Positions 61,915-64,000 of a stretch of DNA of 64,000 nucleotides are shown here, in pieces; positions within the stretch are counted from its first letter, which is position 1; every line of letters starts with the position of its first letter. The translations under genes were made by a program, and so were the position numbers. The notes under the pieces are model-generated. The model searched no databases, had not been told where the DNA came from, and saw only the letters and a list, made by a program, of their open reading frames with translations. This stretch comes from Botryllus schlosseri (taxonomy: Eukaryota), in contig CM119372.1 of the NCBI GenBank assembly GCA_051294905.1, positions 24,926,001-24,990,000 on the forward strand. Reading direction: 5' to 3'.

Positions 61915-64000
61915 CTGAAAATAGTGCAAAAGCTTTGTGTGAAGTCATGGAATAATGTTTGAGCGCTGTGTAATTGTGTATCACAGAGGTGTAACAATAG
62001 GGTTACCATATTTTGGTAATCTGAAAAGAGGACACTCTTTCCAATTTTTAGACTTACAACGCTGGAGTAAAATCCTGAAAAAATGCCAAATTTTTCCTGG
62101 CATTGTGGTCGGTTGACTAAAAAATGAAAAAAAAAGGTCATTTTTCTGGCTCAAGTACCAATAACCATGTCGGACCGTTACTTGGCTGCTGAATTCCTGT
62201 AACTCATTCCAATTTCCATGTGCATTTAAATAAAAAAGAGGACATATGGTAACCCTATGTAACAAAGTACTTCTCCTTTTTCAGAGTAGTCCAGTAGGTT
62301 TTGCCTAATTGCACTACTTCTACGCAATAGCTATTCTTACTCAACAGCTACAACTATGGTGAGTGAAATTGAACATAACAACTGGGCGCAGGGTTTTAAC
62401 CAAGTCACAAGGTTCCGAGTCACAACTCAATCTGACTTTTACAGTTTTGACTTGAGTCAAGTCGAGTCATTTTCAATTCACCACCGAGTCCAGTCCAAGT
62501 CAGTGAGAAGAGGGTCGAGTTCAAGTCATTGTGTGCAGTGCACTGTTCAGTTTTGTGTTCAATCCAGTGCAAAGCACTTTTTTCAACTCTGCTCGAGTGA
62601 TATAGAATGGCTCACCTTCATAGTATAGTAATTATCACCAGTCCTGACAGTTTCTGGCCCTATTTTCCAAGTATCAGGACTGACAGACGAAATACCAATA
62701 ATGTGGTAACTTCGAAGTCCTCGTCTCGAGTCACATGACTTGGGTACATGACTCAAGTAGAGTCATTTTACACATTTGGAAAAATGACTCAAGTCGAGTC
62801 ACCAAAAAATCATGACTCGCGTCATTACAACCATGACTGAGCGACTGCTACTGAGCACTGACCAGAGTACTTTTTGAACCTAGATTTTTAAAATTTCACT
62901 CAAAGCAGTTTTGATGTACCACGGCAGTGCTTTTCAACCTGTGTGACGGTTTGCACGTGTGCGAATGAAAATCCGGATCAAGTGCGAATGAAAATCGTGA
63001 TTATTAATTGTTAACTTTTCTGACGTGGAATAATTCAAATAAACCTAATAGGAAATTTAAGATCAGTGTAGCTAACTTTTGTAGTTGCGGCGCAATTGTA
63101 AAAACTTAATACGACACGCTCTCACAAGCCGTAGTGACTTAATATTTCCGCACTCTAATTATTACGTAACCAAAGGCCTGGTTTGAAGCTGGTCTAGTGG
63201 CAGTATAGAGATCTCTACAATCTCTATAGTGGCAGACATGCAGTATATCAGCCTGTCTGAGCCTGCGGATGCTGGATGGCCAAACCTTTCTAGATGGATT
63301 GGATATGCTCCGTTGTCTTCACGGAATAGTCCCGTTCTTGCAATCTTAGTAGACAGTAGTACAACAACTGCGATACGCAGAGGAATTTAATTCGCCCTGA
63401 TTTGAAATCGCGTGCGTCAAACATGTTTTGTAGAGCTGTGTTGGATAGAATTGTGGTGTTCGCGTTCTGTATGTCATACATGCCCGTAAAATCGTAGCAT
63501 ACAACTGTAATATTAAAAATAAATTCCTTTTCATGGGTGGGGCTCGGGTCGCGAGATGTCACAAAAACTCAGATTTTGGGGGTTGTCTAAAAGCTGCTTT
63601 ACCGTTATTAAACTGTCATGAATTCTCAAGCTAGATTGAGCTAAAGAGTAGAACACACAGTATCGTGAGTGTATTTGCTCTTCTTATAAACTTGCGAGAC
63701 AGAAGTTGGAGCAACGTATCATCAGGTAGCGAGCTCTAATGTACCTACTCTCCTTGATCGTTTCGTACTTTATGTTCTAAAGAAATAAAGAAAAAGCCTC
63801 AACACAATCATGTGGGTTTTTCATCCTATCGACAAACTGGAGCCTCGTGTCAGCTCTCAAATACGATTTCTGCCAGCAAGCAATTTTCACTCGCGAAAAA
63901 TACGCTTTATTTTGGATAGGAGTGCAGAACAGATTTCAAGACCTGGCCATCCAAGCACTAGTAGACGTTTTTGTACAAATACCCATCAACATTGATTGGC

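Overview
Eukaryotic animal genomic DNA with GT-AG introns (many ~60-70 nt) and very dense MITE/SINE/LINE-tail content. The tight gene packing and unpaired acceptors just before ATGs suggest a tunicate or similar marine invertebrate; this is inferred, not proven. Genes in order: 3' part of a PAQR/membrane progestin receptor-like gene (+), BORCS8 (+, 2 coding exons), AIFM3-like Rieske/FAD oxidoreductase (-, 10 exons), intronless MICAL-like protein (+), intronless MALSU1 and LAGE3/PCC1 (-), PES1 (+, 14 exons), intronless METTL25B/RRNAD1 (+), HSPBP1 (+), and the 3' exons of an unidentified gene (-). Highlights: (1) The LAGE3/PCC1 stop codon is one base from the MALSU1 ATG (TAG-C-ATG), a candidate bicistronic or trans-spliced unit on a bidirectional promoter with PES1. 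(2) A P/Galileo-like DNA transposon family is visible at several stages: a long-TIR MITE, a deleted copy, and four tiny palindromic probable excision footprints, all with 7-bp GT-N3-A-N target duplications. (3) A candidate METTL25B-HSPBP1 operon. (4) A C-terminal CaaX-like motif on the AIFM3-like protein. (5) Four-level nested hAT-type MITEs. No prokaryotic systems, CRISPR arrays or intact transposases were seen.
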